Source of the DNA: Nitrosopumilaceae archaeon
Lineage (GTDB): Archaea; Thermoproteota; Nitrososphaeria; Nitrososphaerales; Nitrosopumilaceae
Assembly (NCBI GenBank): GCA_965203465.1
Contig: CBDBCR010000003.1
Span: forward strand, 416,001 to 480,000
DNA length: 64,000 nucleotides
Direction of reading: 5' to 3'
The notes under the pieces: model-generated
The model's database searches: none
What the model was told of the DNA's origin: nothing
What the model saw: the letters and a program-made list of their open reading frames with translations, nothing else
Part shown: piece by piece, positions 1 to 9,113 of the stretch
Numbering within the stretch: position 1 is the first letter of the stretch
Layout of the letters: each line of letters begins with the position of its first letter
Made by a program: the position numbers and the translations under genes

Positions 1-3000
1 GGCGCCCCTCACGGCGCCCGCGTCCAGGTACAGGTGCGGATCGGACATGGCCACGATCGCGGCCGCCGATTCCTCCGAGAGGTGGAACTTTACGGAGTCG
101 CCCCCTTCGGTGCCGGCCCTCAGCTCGGCCGGCGTCGGCGTGATCTGGCCTGCCGCATCCGAGTTGCCGGCCCCGTCGCGCACGTGGAACTTTGACGGGT
201 CTGTCCGGGCGGCCCACAGCCCCTCCGAAAAGGTCACGGTCAGCGTGCCGCCGACGCTTCCGAATACGGGCGCCTCGGAAGAGTCGAGGGCGGGCCCCGT
301 CCCGTCGGGGTTGCGCAGCGGCGCGCTCGCCTCCCCTATGCCGTAGCCGAACAGGTCAGTCACGGCGCTCAGGCCCCCGTCGAGCACCATCGCGAGCACC
401 AGGTCCTTGTGGCTCCCCATGGCCGCAGCCTGCGCGGGCGTCAGCGTTATGGTGACCGCGTCGGAGTCCAAAGTGGTGGCTATGGACGCGTCCGGCGTGC
501 CGTCGGTGCCGTCGTCCAGGTACGTCGGGTTGGCGCTGTCTCCCTGCCTGTAGAACAGCATCTGATCCAGGTCGAAGTTTTCCGGCTCTACCTTTACCTG
601 TTCGGTGAACGTCAGCACGAGCGTGCCGGCGCTGCGCACGGCAGAGACCAGCTGCGGCGGCGTGCTGTCCCCGTACACCCGCGTGAACGCGTTGGCGCTA
701 GATGCCTCCGAGCCGTGCCCGCCCTCCGAGCTGCGCACCGCGCCTGCCTCCAGATCCATGACGGGTATGTCGTTGAGGGACGCGATGCGCCGGCGGTCCG
801 CCTCGTCCAGCTTTACCACCAGCGTCCTGTCGTCCGATCCGGTGACCAGGCTGGACGAAGATAGCGAGATCTTTTGGCCCGGCGCCTCCAGTTTGTACAC
901 CTTGAACTTCGAAAGATCCACGCGGGAGGCCGGCGTGGCGTCCACCGCCTCGCTGAAAAAGATCCGCACCAGGCCGGGGCCCAGTTCCAGCACCGAATGC
1001 TGCAGCATCGGCGAGGTCGTCACGCGCTTTATCTCGATGTCGTCCCGCGCGGCGATGTCGTTACCGGCCTGGTCGTCGAACGCGCCCGCGGACACGTCCA
1101 ATTCCGGGTAGGGCGTCGATTCAAACGCGGCTGCAAACTCGGTCTTTTGCGCGTCCGAGAGCGATATCTGCATCTTGGTGTCGTCCGAGGCCGTGATCAG
1201 CTCGGCGCCAGACAGCCTGCCGTCGGCGTCGGCGCCCGCCTCCGAGTTCACCGCCAGTCGATCGAGGAACACGTGGGCGGATCCCGTGCGCACGAGCTCG
1301 TCGAATGTTATCTCCAGTATGCCCCTGTCCGGGTTGAAGCCGACCTCCCGTATGGCCGGCTTTTTTGTGTCGGCGACGGTGCCCAGCCGTATTATCTGCA
1401 CGCCGCTGTCCCCGAACGAGGCCACGGCGCCGTAGGCCGTAGTTCCCGACACGAACGTGTCGATGCCGCGCGGATCGGCCAGCCTGACGTCGTCGGCGTC
1501 GGTGTCTTCTACGTATCCGCGCTGCGCTATGTAGTGCGGGGCGGTGATCTCAAAGATGCTCGCCCCGCGGCAATGGTGGCCGGTGTTTGATAAAGTCCCG
1601 TTGCACGTGAGCGCCGCGTACGCCTTTTCCCCCAGGTGGTACGTATCGACGCTGTACGCAGACGCCGCCCGGGCGCGCGTGTCCCCGGGCTGCCGCGTGT
1701 AGTAGTGCGTCGAGATTCCGTTTGTAAAACTGGGAGAAGAGGGATCCGAAACGTCCAAGAGGAACAGGCGCCCAATAGCCTCGGGAACCGCCACTGCCAC
1801 GTACGTCTTTTCGGCGTTGCCAGTGTGGGAGTTGTTTATGTTGATCGTGCTCAGGCCTCGCACTTTTTGCAGCAGATAGTTAGTGTACGAGCTTGCCCTC
1901 TCCGGAAGTGCGGGGTTCGTGATGTCTATGATCTGCAGGCCGCCGAGGCCATCGCCTCTGCCTTGGACGGCGCTCACTACGGCGTACGTCTTTGAGCCGA
2001 TCTTGAACGTTTCCACGTCGAACGGCCGTGTCAACATGTCGAATGGGGCGCGTTTGCTATCGGCAGAATCGCGCTCTATCCACGAGACCGGCTTTGGGCT
2101 TACGGGGTTTGTGACATCCACTATGGAGACGCCTTCCTTTGAGACGTTTTTCAGTTCGTAGTTTGACGCGATCACGGCGTACGTGCGGCCGCCGATCTCG
2201 GTCGTGTCGACCCCGATGGGCCCGGTCAGGTTGAACTTGTCCGGGCCGTCGTAGGCGGGATCGCTGTCGCTGTAGGGCTGCCCGCCCAAGATGCCGGCCG
2301 CGCGCCGCGGATTCTCCGGGTTCGTCACGTCCAGTATCATGAACGCGCCGAGCCCCTCGCGCTTGGTCGCCGACTCGTACCCGTACTCGCCCTGCGCGGT
2401 GACGATGGCGTACGTGCGGCCGCCCCGCTCGAATATGTCGATGTCCCCCACGCCCTTTAGCAGATCGAACTGCGTGTTGTCCGTGTCCACCAGGCCGGCC
2501 ACCGGGCGCGGGCGCTCCGGGTTAGTCACGTCGATTATCTGCACGCCGCCGCCATCTCCGACTATGCGCCCGGCGTCCTCGTCGAGCGCCTCCTTGTACG
2601 AGCCGGCGAACACGTACGTCCTGCCGTTTATCTGCGCCACCGTGGAGCTTCGCGGCGAGCCTAGCGCAAAGTAGCCGCCCGAGTCGTCCGTGATGGCGTC
2701 TACTACCGTCAGCGTGGAGCCGCGCCGCGACAGATCCATCTGCACCAGCTGGATGCCGTCGTCGAACATCCCCGTCACTACAGAATACAGCTTGCCGCCT
2801 ATCACCGCCGTGTCCGCCGATGTGGCTCCGCCCAGCGCGTTGTACCGAGACGCGGTCGAGCACCGCTCGCCGTCGCGGCCGTTGCCAGCGGGCACCGGGC
2901 GCGCCGGATCCGTAATGTCTACCAGCTGGAACCCGCCGCCCCCACGATCCTCGTCGTAGCCGGTCGCCGTGATCATGGCGTACGTCTTGTCGGCGCCGGC

Positions 3001-5835
3001 CACGGTCCTGGAGAAGGTGTGCACGCCGGTGGCCCCGTCGAGCGTCGAGAACCGGCCCTGCCCCCGCCCCGGCGCGTCCGAGCGCGAAGACGTAGCCTGC
3101 GGCGAGGCCGGATCCGAAAGGTCGATTATCTGGAAGCCGTCGTCGTCGTAGGAGGCCACGATCGCGTACACTTTTGCGCCGACCGTGACCGTCTCTATTC
3201 CGGTCGCCCCGTCCAGCTCCGCAAACGTCCTGTCGCCCGGGTCGAGGTCCCCGTCCAGCACGGCCTTGACCGCCAGCGGATCCTCCGGATTCGAGACGTC
3301 TATTATCTGCACGCCGTCGGAGACCTCGGCCGCTATGGCCGCGTACGTTTTCGTGGCGCCGTTCTTCGTTACGGCGAACGTGTCCACAGAAGCTGCCCCC
3401 TCCAGCGCCGCGAATGCCGTGCCTGCCGAATCCTGGCCGCGCCGCGTGAACGGATCCCCGGAGGCGTCTACCGACAGCAGTTTGCTGTCGCCGTCGTTGG
3501 GCGTCTGCCTCTCCGATATGGGGCTGCGGAATATGCTCCCTTTGGAATAGCCGTACCCGAAGGACGCCTCGAGCCAGTCGTCGGACTTGAGGCCGGGGGT
3601 GTCGTTGTCGTTCATCACCAAAAGCCTGCTGGGCGCCGTCTCGATTCTGTCTATCTGGACCGGATGCCCGTTGGCGTCGGTGGTTCTGGCGTTGCCCCGG
3701 CTGTCCGTGAGCGACTTCCAAGCGGTCGCGCGGTTTGCAGGATCCGCCCAGTCGGATCCCTTGTCCACTACCAGCACCCACGTGTTTATGGAGACCCCGC
3801 CCAGCGGCACCTCGAACTTGGTGTCGTATCCCCGGATGGGCTCGCTCCTCGTCACCGGGATCGGATCCCCTGCACTGTCAAAGTAGGCGAACGGATCGAA
3901 CGTGGCCTGGCCGTACCCTCCCCTGCCCTGCGCGTAGAGCACCTCCCTGCCCTGCGAGTCGGTCTGCTTTTGCTGGTTGGAATACACGGACCTGAAGTTG
4001 GGCGCAGAGGCGGTCCCGTCGGCCGCCACGTTTTCGTTGAACTCCATTATCAGGAATCCGCCCGGGAACAGCGTCGTCTTGCCCGCGTCCGAGGCCACTA
4101 TGACGTAGTGCTTCGAGTTGACGGTAAAGTAGTCCAGATCTTTGGCGCCGCGCAGCTGCGAAAAGGCTCCCCCTGCCGGATCCAGCGCGTCGTGCCTTAC
4201 GGTCCTGACCTTTTGAATGTCGGTTATGTTCGTTATGTCGAATATGTCGACGGCGCCGCTGCGGTGAGTCGCGACCAAGGCGAACTTTTTGGAGCCCACA
4301 TCGGCGATTTCCATGTCGTACGGTACGCCAGAGGTGGCGTGGGAGGACACGGGCGCGGAGTTGTGCGGATCGCCGATGTCTATGAGCTGCAGGCCGTCCT
4401 CGGAGCCCGAAGCCACCAAGGCGTACGTCTTTCCGCCCTGCTCTAGCAGCTTTACGTCGCGCGGCCCTCCCAGCGTGGTGAATATGCCCTGCCCGTCGTG
4501 CGCCGAAGAGATTGCACTCGGGTTGCCCTGTGAGACGATGGTGTTGAGTGTGAATTCCACGTAAGCCGACGCTTGCGTGACCGTGTTCTTTGTGGATACG
4601 GCCCGTATGCTGTTGGGGCCGGCCTTCAGCACCACATCGATGCTCCACGCGCCGGTGGTCGCATGCGCGCTGCCGGTCGCCAGCGCCACGCTCCCGTCGC
4701 CGTCACGGTACAGACTCACCGAAGAAGCGGCGGGGGCCGTGCCCCGTATGGTCTGCGTGGCCGCCGTGAACGTGCCCGGCTGAGTGGTGATCACCGTGCC
4801 GGGCGGATCGTACCTTATCGTGACGGCGGCCGAAGCTGGCGACGTGTTGCCCGACCTGTCCGTCGCCTTCGCCGTTATGGCGTTGTCTCCGGGGGCGAGG
4901 CGCACCGTCTTTGACCACGCGCCGGCCGCATCTGCCATGACCGTGCCGCGCACGGCCTCGCCGCCGATGTACACGGCCATCCTGGAGTTGGCCTCGGCCG
5001 TCCCCTTCACGTCGAGGTACGGCGTGGTCTGGAGGCTGGCCGCGTTGGTGACGGCGGGCGCGGGCGGCGCGATGCGGTCGAGGACGCGAACCGTGCCGCC
5101 CGGCTCGTTGCCGGCAGAATCGGCCAAGTCGCCCGGGCCCCGGTTGTACGTGAGCAGCAGGTCGGGGTTGCGGTTCGCCAGGTTGGCCGATATAGTCAGG
5201 GCCGTCGGGGCGTTCCCCTGCGACGAGATCGTCCGCGTGCCGGCGTCGCTGCCGGACAGCGTCCATGTGCCCGTCGCGTCGCCGCCCATGCGGATGATCT
5301 CGCTGAACGTCAGTGTTATGCTGTCGAGCGAGGTCGCGCGCGCCGTGAACGTGGGGCCGATGCCGTCCGATACAGGTATGCCGGAGCTGTCGGCCAGCTT
5401 GTTGCCCGCAAGATCCGCGATGTCGCCGGCCGGAATCAGGTTGGGGCCGCACTCGTACTGCGCGAATATGCCCCACCTGGCCGTGTCGCGGATGCACCCC
5501 GCGCCGGTCGTCGAATATGCGACTGTTATGCCGTCCGGCGTCGTGTCCGGCAGGTTTCCGTTGAGCGTAAAGACGACGGTGTCGGTCCCGGAATTCAGAT
5601 TCAGTGAAGTTCCGATGGATATGCGCAGCGTGCCCAGATCCCCGCCGGCCGCGCTCCACCCGGTGCGCGCGTTCTGTGCGGTCTTGACCGGCTCGCTGAA
5701 CTTTACCGTGATCTCGTTGGGGGCAGTAGCCGTCGCGCTGAGTATGGTGGGCGTAGTGGCCTCTGCCAGCGGAACCGCGAGCGCGAGGGCGGCAGATACG
5801 GCGATCGCCGCTACCAGTCGGCTAGGCGTGCCCAA
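1..5835 (-). CDS. Giant secreted surface protein, 3' end outside window (>1,940 aa): signal peptide, Ig-like/SwmB-like repeats, LVIVD-type beta-propeller repeats
   Basis: Hand translation gives a continuous minus-strand frame from TTG 5835 (MGTPSRLVAAIAVSAALALAVPLAEA-TTPTILSATATAPNEITVKFSE) to the window edge. Repeated GVQIIDVSNP/GFQIIDLSDP/GLQIIDITNP motifs at about 1400-4500. All S/T/A/V-rich shadow ORFs on the + strand (47, 605, 1175 ... 4784) share one frame, consistent with one uninterrupted gene. Absent from the ORF track because it has no stop in the window. Confidence 0.88.
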   Translation of the reverse strand, partial: MGTPSRLVAAIAVSAALALAVPLAEATTPTILSATATAPNEITVKFSEPVKTAQNARTGWSAAGGDLGTLRISIGTSLNLNSGTDTVVFTLNGNLPDTTPDGITVAYSTTGAGCIRDTARWGIFAQYECGPNLIPAGDIADLAGNKLADSSGIPVSDGIGPTFTARATSLDSITLTFSEIIRMGGDATGTWTLSGSDAGTRTISSQGNAPTALTISANLANRNPDLLLTYNRGPGDLADSAGNEPGGTVRVLDRIAPPAPAVTNAASLQTTPYLDVKGTAEANSRMAVYIGGEAVRGTVMADAAGAWSKTVRLAPGDNAITAKATDRSGNTSPASAAVTIRYDPPGTVITTQPGTFTAATQTIRGTAPAASSVSLYRDGDGSVALATGSAHATTGAWSIDVVLKAGPNSIRAVSTKNTVTQASAYVEFTLNTIVSQGNPSAISSAHDGQGIFTTLGGPRDVKLLEQGGKTYALVASGSEDGLQLIDIGDPHNSAPVSSHATSGVPYDMEIADVGSKKFALVATHRSGAVDIFDITNITDIQKVRTVRHDALDPAGGAFSQLRGAKDLDYFTVNSKHYVIVASDAGKTTLFPGGFLIMEFNENVAADGTASAPNFRSVYSNQQKQTDSQGREVLYAQGRGGYGQATFDPFAYFDSAGDPIPVTRSEPIRGYDTKFEVPLGGVSINTWVLVVDKGSDWADPANRATAWKSLTDSRGNARTTDANGHPVQIDRIETAPSRLLVMNDNDTPGLKSDDWLEASFGYGYSKGSIFRSPISERQTPNDGDSKLLSVDASGDPFTRRGQDSAGTAFAALEGAASVDTFAVTKNGATKTYAAIAAEVSDGVQIIDVSNPEDPLAVKAVLDGDLDPGDRTFAELDGATGIETVTVGAKVYAIVASYDDDGFQIIDLSDPASPQATSSRSDAPGRGQGRFSTLDGATGVHTFSRTVAGADKTYAMITATGYDEDRGGGGFQLVDITDPARPVPAGNGRDGERCSTASRYNALGGATSADTAVIGGKLYSVVTGMFDDGIQLVQMDLSRRGSTLTVVDAITDDSGGYFALGSPRSSTVAQINGRTYVFAGSYKEALDEDAGRIVGDGGGVQIIDVTNPERPRPVAGLVDTDNTQFDLLKGVGDIDIFERGGRTYAIVTAQGEYGYESATKREGLGAFMILDVTNPENPRRAAGILGGQPYSDSDPAYDGPDKFNLTGPIGVDTTEIGGRTYAVIASNYELKNVSKEGVSIVDVTNPVSPKPVSWIERDSADSKRAPFDMLTRPFDVETFKIGSKTYAVVSAVQGRGDGLGGLQIIDITNPALPERASSYTNYLLQKVRGLSTININNSHTGNAEKTYVAVAVPEAIGRLFLLDVSDPSSPSFTNGISTHYYTRQPGDTRARAASAYSVDTYHLGEKAYAALTCNGTLSNTGHHCRGASIFEITAPHYIAQRGYVEDTDADDVRLADPRGIDTFVSGTTAYGAVASFGDSGVQIIRLGTVADTKKPAIREVGFNPDRGILEITFDELVRTGSAHVFLDRLAVNSEAGADADGRLSGAELITASDDTKMQISLSDAQKTEFAAAFESTPYPELDVSAGAFDDQAGNDIAARDDIEIKRVTTSPMLQHSVLELGPGLVRIFFSEAVDATPASRVDLSKFKVYKLEAPGQKISLSSSSLVTGSDDRTLVVKLDEADRRRIASLNDIPVMDLEAGAVRSSEGGHGSEASSANAFTRVYGDSTPPQLVSAVRSAGTLVLTFTEQVKVEPENFDLDQMLFYRQGDSANPTYLDDGTDGTPDASIATTLDSDAVTITLTPAQAAAMGSHKDLVLAMVLDGGLSAVTDLFGYGIGEASAPLRNPDGTGPALDSSEAPVFGSVGGTLTVTFSEGLWAARTDPSKFHVRDGAGNSDAAGQITPTPAELRAGTEGGDSVKFHLSEESAAAIVAMSDPHLYLDAGAVRGA

Positions 5836-5841
5836 GCGCTA

Positions 5842-5854
5842 CCCCCCCCCCCCC
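5842..5854 (-). repeat. G13 homopolymer (coding strand) 6 nt upstream of the giant-protein TTG
   Basis: 13 consecutive C on the + strand at 5842-5854. Confidence 0.95.
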
Positions 5855-5949
5855 GGAGCGGCCCGCTGCATGCGGGTGCCGAAGCTCGGGCTGGAGCGCG
5901 CCCGCTCCCGCGTCATGCCTGCTCATCTAGTGGACGGATTTGTCTGCGG

Positions 5950-5957
5950 TATTTAAA
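5950..5957 (-). promoter_or_regulatory. TATA box (TTTAAATA) for the leader ORF / giant protein 1
   Basis: AT-rich octamer in a GC-rich context, 31 nt before ATG 5926, the same spacing as at housekeeping genes here. Confidence 0.6.
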
Positions 5958-5999
5958 CGAAAAGCGGGCTTCGAGGCGCGGCCAAGCGGGCGGGCCCGG

Positions 6000-6080
6000 C
6001 TACTTCCACGGCAGCAGGTAGTTTATGCCGTACCAGACGAGGCCGCCGGAGAGCGCCATGCCGAGCCACCAGTACCTCAC
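6000..6080 (-). CDS. Small 26-aa hydrophobic protein MRYWWLGMALSGGLVWYGINYLLPWK
   Basis: GTG 6080 lies 30 nt after TTTATTA (6110-6104). Codons are GC3-rich like the host genes. One hydrophobic segment. Confidence 0.6.
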   Translation of the reverse strand: MRYWWLGMALSGGLVWYGINYLLPWK

Positions 6081-6154
6081 GGGGCGGGGCGGGGCGGGCG
6101 CGCTAATAAACCTAGGCGCATGACGTTTATTCCGGCCGGCCCGGCGCGCCGGAG

Positions 6155-7198
6155 TTGAAGGTGTTGGTGGGCGGATCCAGCACAAAGCTGCTAAAGCTGG
6201 CCCGGTTCTGCCAAGAGCTCCGCAAGGCCGGCGTCGGGTGCAGGCTCGTCAGGGACGACGCGGTGTACCGCGCTTTTCCGAGCAGGCGCCCGTCGGACTG
6301 GCTGCGCACCAGGTCCAAGTTCAGAAAGCTGGCCTCGCAGTACAAGCCCGACTTTGTGCTGACCGACAGGCCCGGGCATTTCGGCGCGGCCGCGGCGCGC
6401 GAAAAGCTGCCCCTGCTCGTGTACCTAAAGGGCGACTGGTGGGAGGAGCGCAGGGCCGACGCGCGGACGCTGTACAGGGCCCCGCACATGAGGCTGGCGC
6501 TGTGGCAGTGGCAGAGGATAGGGAAAGAGTGCTTTGCGGGGGCGCGCGCGATACTGGCCGTCTCGAAGTACCTGGCCGGCATAGCGGAGCGCCGCTGCCC
6601 GGGCAAGAGGGTCGTGCCCTCGTACATCGGCATCGACACGGAGGGCTGGGACGGGGCCGGCGCCATGGAGCTGCGCCACCCGTGCGTCGGGATGGTGCAG
6701 AGCGCGGTGCTGCACGGCAAGACGCGCGGCATGCTCGCGATCGAAGAGGCCGTAAAGTCCATGCCGCGCGTCACGTTTTACTGGGCCGGCGACGGCCCGC
6801 ACAGGGACATGGTGCTCTCGCGCCTGAAAAAATACCCCAACTTTTGCTGGCTCGGATCGCTCGACTACAGGACGGACTACAAGAGGTTCATGAGATCCAT
6901 AGACGCGTACTGCCTGCCCAGCGGCCTCGACATGCTGCCGGCGAGCCTGCTCGAGGCGCAGCTTGCATCAAAGCCGGTGATAGCGTCGGGCGTGTGCGGC
7001 GTGCCCGAATGCCTCGAGGAGGGCAGGACAGGCCTGCTCGTAAAAGAGGGGGCCGGCTGGCCCGAAAAGATATCGCGCGTCCTGGAGGACGAAAAGCTGC
7101 GCCGCTCGATGGGATCGGAGGGCCGCAGGTTCGTGCTGGAAAACTACTCCATGCAGAAGCGGGCAGCCGAGTTTGCGGCCCTGCTCGAAAAGCTCTAG
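6155..7198 (+). CDS. Glycosyltransferase, GT-B fold (GT4-like)
   Basis: C-terminal LPASLLEAQLASKPVIASGVCGVPE...G.TGLLV motif. TTTATT 29 nt upstream of TTG. Confidence 0.88.
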   Translation: MKVLVGGSSTKLLKLARFCQELRKAGVGCRLVRDDAVYRAFPSRRPSDWLRTRSKFRKLASQYKPDFVLTDRPGHFGAAAAREKLPLLVYLKGDWWEERRADARTLYRAPHMRLALWQWQRIGKECFAGARAILAVSKYLAGIAERRCPGKRVVPSYIGIDTEGWDGAGAMELRHPCVGMVQSAVLHGKTRGMLAIEEAVKSMPRVTFYWAGDGPHRDMVLSRLKKYPNFCWLGSLDYRTDYKRFMRSIDAYCLPSGLDMLPASLLEAQLASKPVIASGVCGVPECLEEGRTGLLVKEGAGWPEKISRVLEDEKLRRSMGSEGRRFVLENYSMQKRAAEFAALLEKL

Positions 7199-8067
7199 GC
7201 CCAGCCAAGGTCGCGGCCGAGCATCCTGTACAGTTTTGAGTTGTGCTCGGCGAACCTGCCCGCGAGCATGCGGCGCGTGGACGGCCTCATGGGGGGATAG
7301 ATCCCCTCGTTTAGTTTGGGCGGCCCGCCGCCGCAAGGCCCGAGGCCCAGAAACTCGGCCACCCTGCTGGCCACGCCGCCCGGATCCCGGGCCATCTCCT
7401 CGAGCGTCTCTACCAGGATGCGGCCCCCGTAGTGCCTCTCCCACCTTTCCAGCTGCTCCGCGTACTCGCCCTTTGCAGCGTACGAGTAGTTTGGCACGTA
7501 GAACCACCGCTTTTTCGGATCCGAGCCGACGGCCCTCCTTTCGGCCGATGTGCGCGCCTCTTCGGCCTCGAGCGCGTCCTCGAACGACATGTACTCCATG
7601 CCGGCGCGAAGCTGCATCTGGTAGTCCGAGTACGCGCGCTCGGCCGGATCGCGCAGCATCGCTATCACCTTGGCGTCCGGCGCCGACCTGCTCATCCTCT
7701 CGGGCGCCAGCGGGTGGAGCAGGTACGTGGTGGTCGCCTCGCCGGTGATGCCCCGCCCGCGGACGGGAAAGTTGTGCCGGTACCACAGATCCCCCAGCTC
7801 GTACTTTTGGGCCTCGTCAAAGTAGTGGATCTCTTTTGTCAGCGCCGGCTCCACTCCCGGCTGCGAGCACAGGAACGAGTACAGCGACGTGGTGCCGCAC
7901 TTTGGCGCCCCGATGATCGCAAAGTCGGGCGCCGGCCGCAGGAACGCGGTGGCCTTGCGGAGCTTGTGCGGGCCGCCCAGCCAGCGCACGCGCGGGTGCC
8001 GGTACCGCTTCCAAAAGCGCCCCGCCACCCTGCCGGCCCCCCCGCAGGCCGGGCACGGCCCGCTCAC
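7195..8067 (-). CDS. PAPS-dependent sulfotransferase
   Basis: 5'-PSB motif IIGAPKCGTTSL, KEIHYFD and 3'-PB motif LRDPAERAYS. GTG start overlaps the upstream stop (GTGA). Confidence 0.88.
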   Translation of the reverse strand: MSGPCPACGGAGRVAGRFWKRYRHPRVRWLGGPHKLRKATAFLRPAPDFAIIGAPKCGTTSLYSFLCSQPGVEPALTKEIHYFDEAQKYELGDLWYRHNFPVRGRGITGEATTTYLLHPLAPERMSRSAPDAKVIAMLRDPAERAYSDYQMQLRAGMEYMSFEDALEAEEARTSAERRAVGSDPKKRWFYVPNYSYAAKGEYAEQLERWERHYGGRILVETLEEMARDPGGVASRVAEFLGLGPCGGGPPKLNEGIYPPMRPSTRRMLAGRFAEHNSKLYRMLGRDLGWA

Positions 8068-9113
8068 CGCAGCCCCCCCAGGATCTCCAGCAGCCTGCCA
8101 GAGACGGCCCCGCTGTCCGCCTCCGAGGCGGCAAACTCGCGGCCGCGCCTGCCCATCTGGCGCGCCCGGCCCGGATCGCCCAGCAGCCCGGATATGGCCC
8201 GTATCCATCCCTCCGCGTCGCCGCGCCCGACCAGCAGCCCCGTCTCCCCGTCGCGCATCGTGTCGGGTATGCCACCGGCCGCGGTGGCCACCACGGGCAG
8301 CTCCATGGACTGCGCGGCCTTTAGCGAGTACGGCGACATGTCCATGCTGCACGCGAGGCCGTACACGTCCAGCGAGCCCAGGAATTCGCGCACCGGCCCC
8401 GGGTACTCGAGCCTGCCGAGCCACTCGAAGTTGGCGCGCCCCCCGATGGCCCGCGCCACCCTGCCAGCGAACCTGCCGTCGCCGGCCCAGTAGAACCGGA
8501 CGTGCGGCAGCGCGTCTGCCACGCGCGGCATCACCTCGGCCAGCTCGTCCACCTTGCGCCACCTGCGCGCGTCCTGCAGAAATCCGACGGCCGGCCGCCG
8601 CAGGCTTTGTCCGCCGCCCCTCCTCCAGTACCCCGCGTCTATGCTGGAGTACATGACCGTCTCGACGCGGCACGACGGGTAGCTCGCCCGTATGGCCGAG
8701 GCCATGGCCCCGTTCTCGGCCAGCACCGCAGAGGCGGCCTCGACGCACTCGCGCACGATCCTGCGCCTGCGCGGGCCGGCCAGCCGGGCGCGCGCCGAGC
8801 CGCGCTCGGCCGCCTCCAGCCTCGAGTCCAGCTCGTAGTCCCAGAAAAACACGGCGAACGGCACCCCCCTGCCGGCGGCCTGCCTCCACAGCGCGCTCGG
8901 GGAGTCTAGCAGCAGCGCGTCGGGCCGCGTCGAATCTATCAGCCTGCCGAGCCGGCCCGCGCGCCGGCCGAGCGGCAGCGCCCCGCGCGCGAAGCCGTCG
9001 AGGAACTCGTCGCGGCAGACCGCGGAGCACTCTGCCCCGCGCGCGCGCATGGAAGAGACGAGCGGCTCGAGCTGGGCGCGCTTTGCGCGCGTGTACACGA
9101 GGAGGATTCTCAT
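8064..9113 (-). CDS. Glycosyltransferase, GT-B fold (GT4-like), paralogous to 6155-7198
   Basis: MRILLVYT start (ATGA overlap). FYWAGDG and LPVVATAAGGIPD...GETGLLV motifs. Confidence 0.88.
   Translation of the reverse strand: MRILLVYTRAKRAQLEPLVSSMRARGAECSAVCRDEFLDGFARGALPLGRRAGRLGRLIDSTRPDALLLDSPSALWRQAAGRGVPFAVFFWDYELDSRLEAAERGSARARLAGPRRRRIVRECVEAASAVLAENGAMASAIRASYPSCRVETVMYSSIDAGYWRRGGGQSLRRPAVGFLQDARRWRKVDELAEVMPRVADALPHVRFYWAGDGRFAGRVARAIGGRANFEWLGRLEYPGPVREFLGSLDVYGLACSMDMSPYSLKAAQSMELPVVATAAGGIPDTMRDGETGLLVGRGDAEGWIRAISGLLGDPGRARQMGRRGREFAASEADSGAVSGRLLEILGGLR

Noticed and set aside
5839-5916. Amber read-through (pyrrolysine-like) extension of giant protein 1 from ATG 5916/5871
   Set aside because: There are no pyl genes in the window, and TTG 5835 already yields a complete signal peptide.
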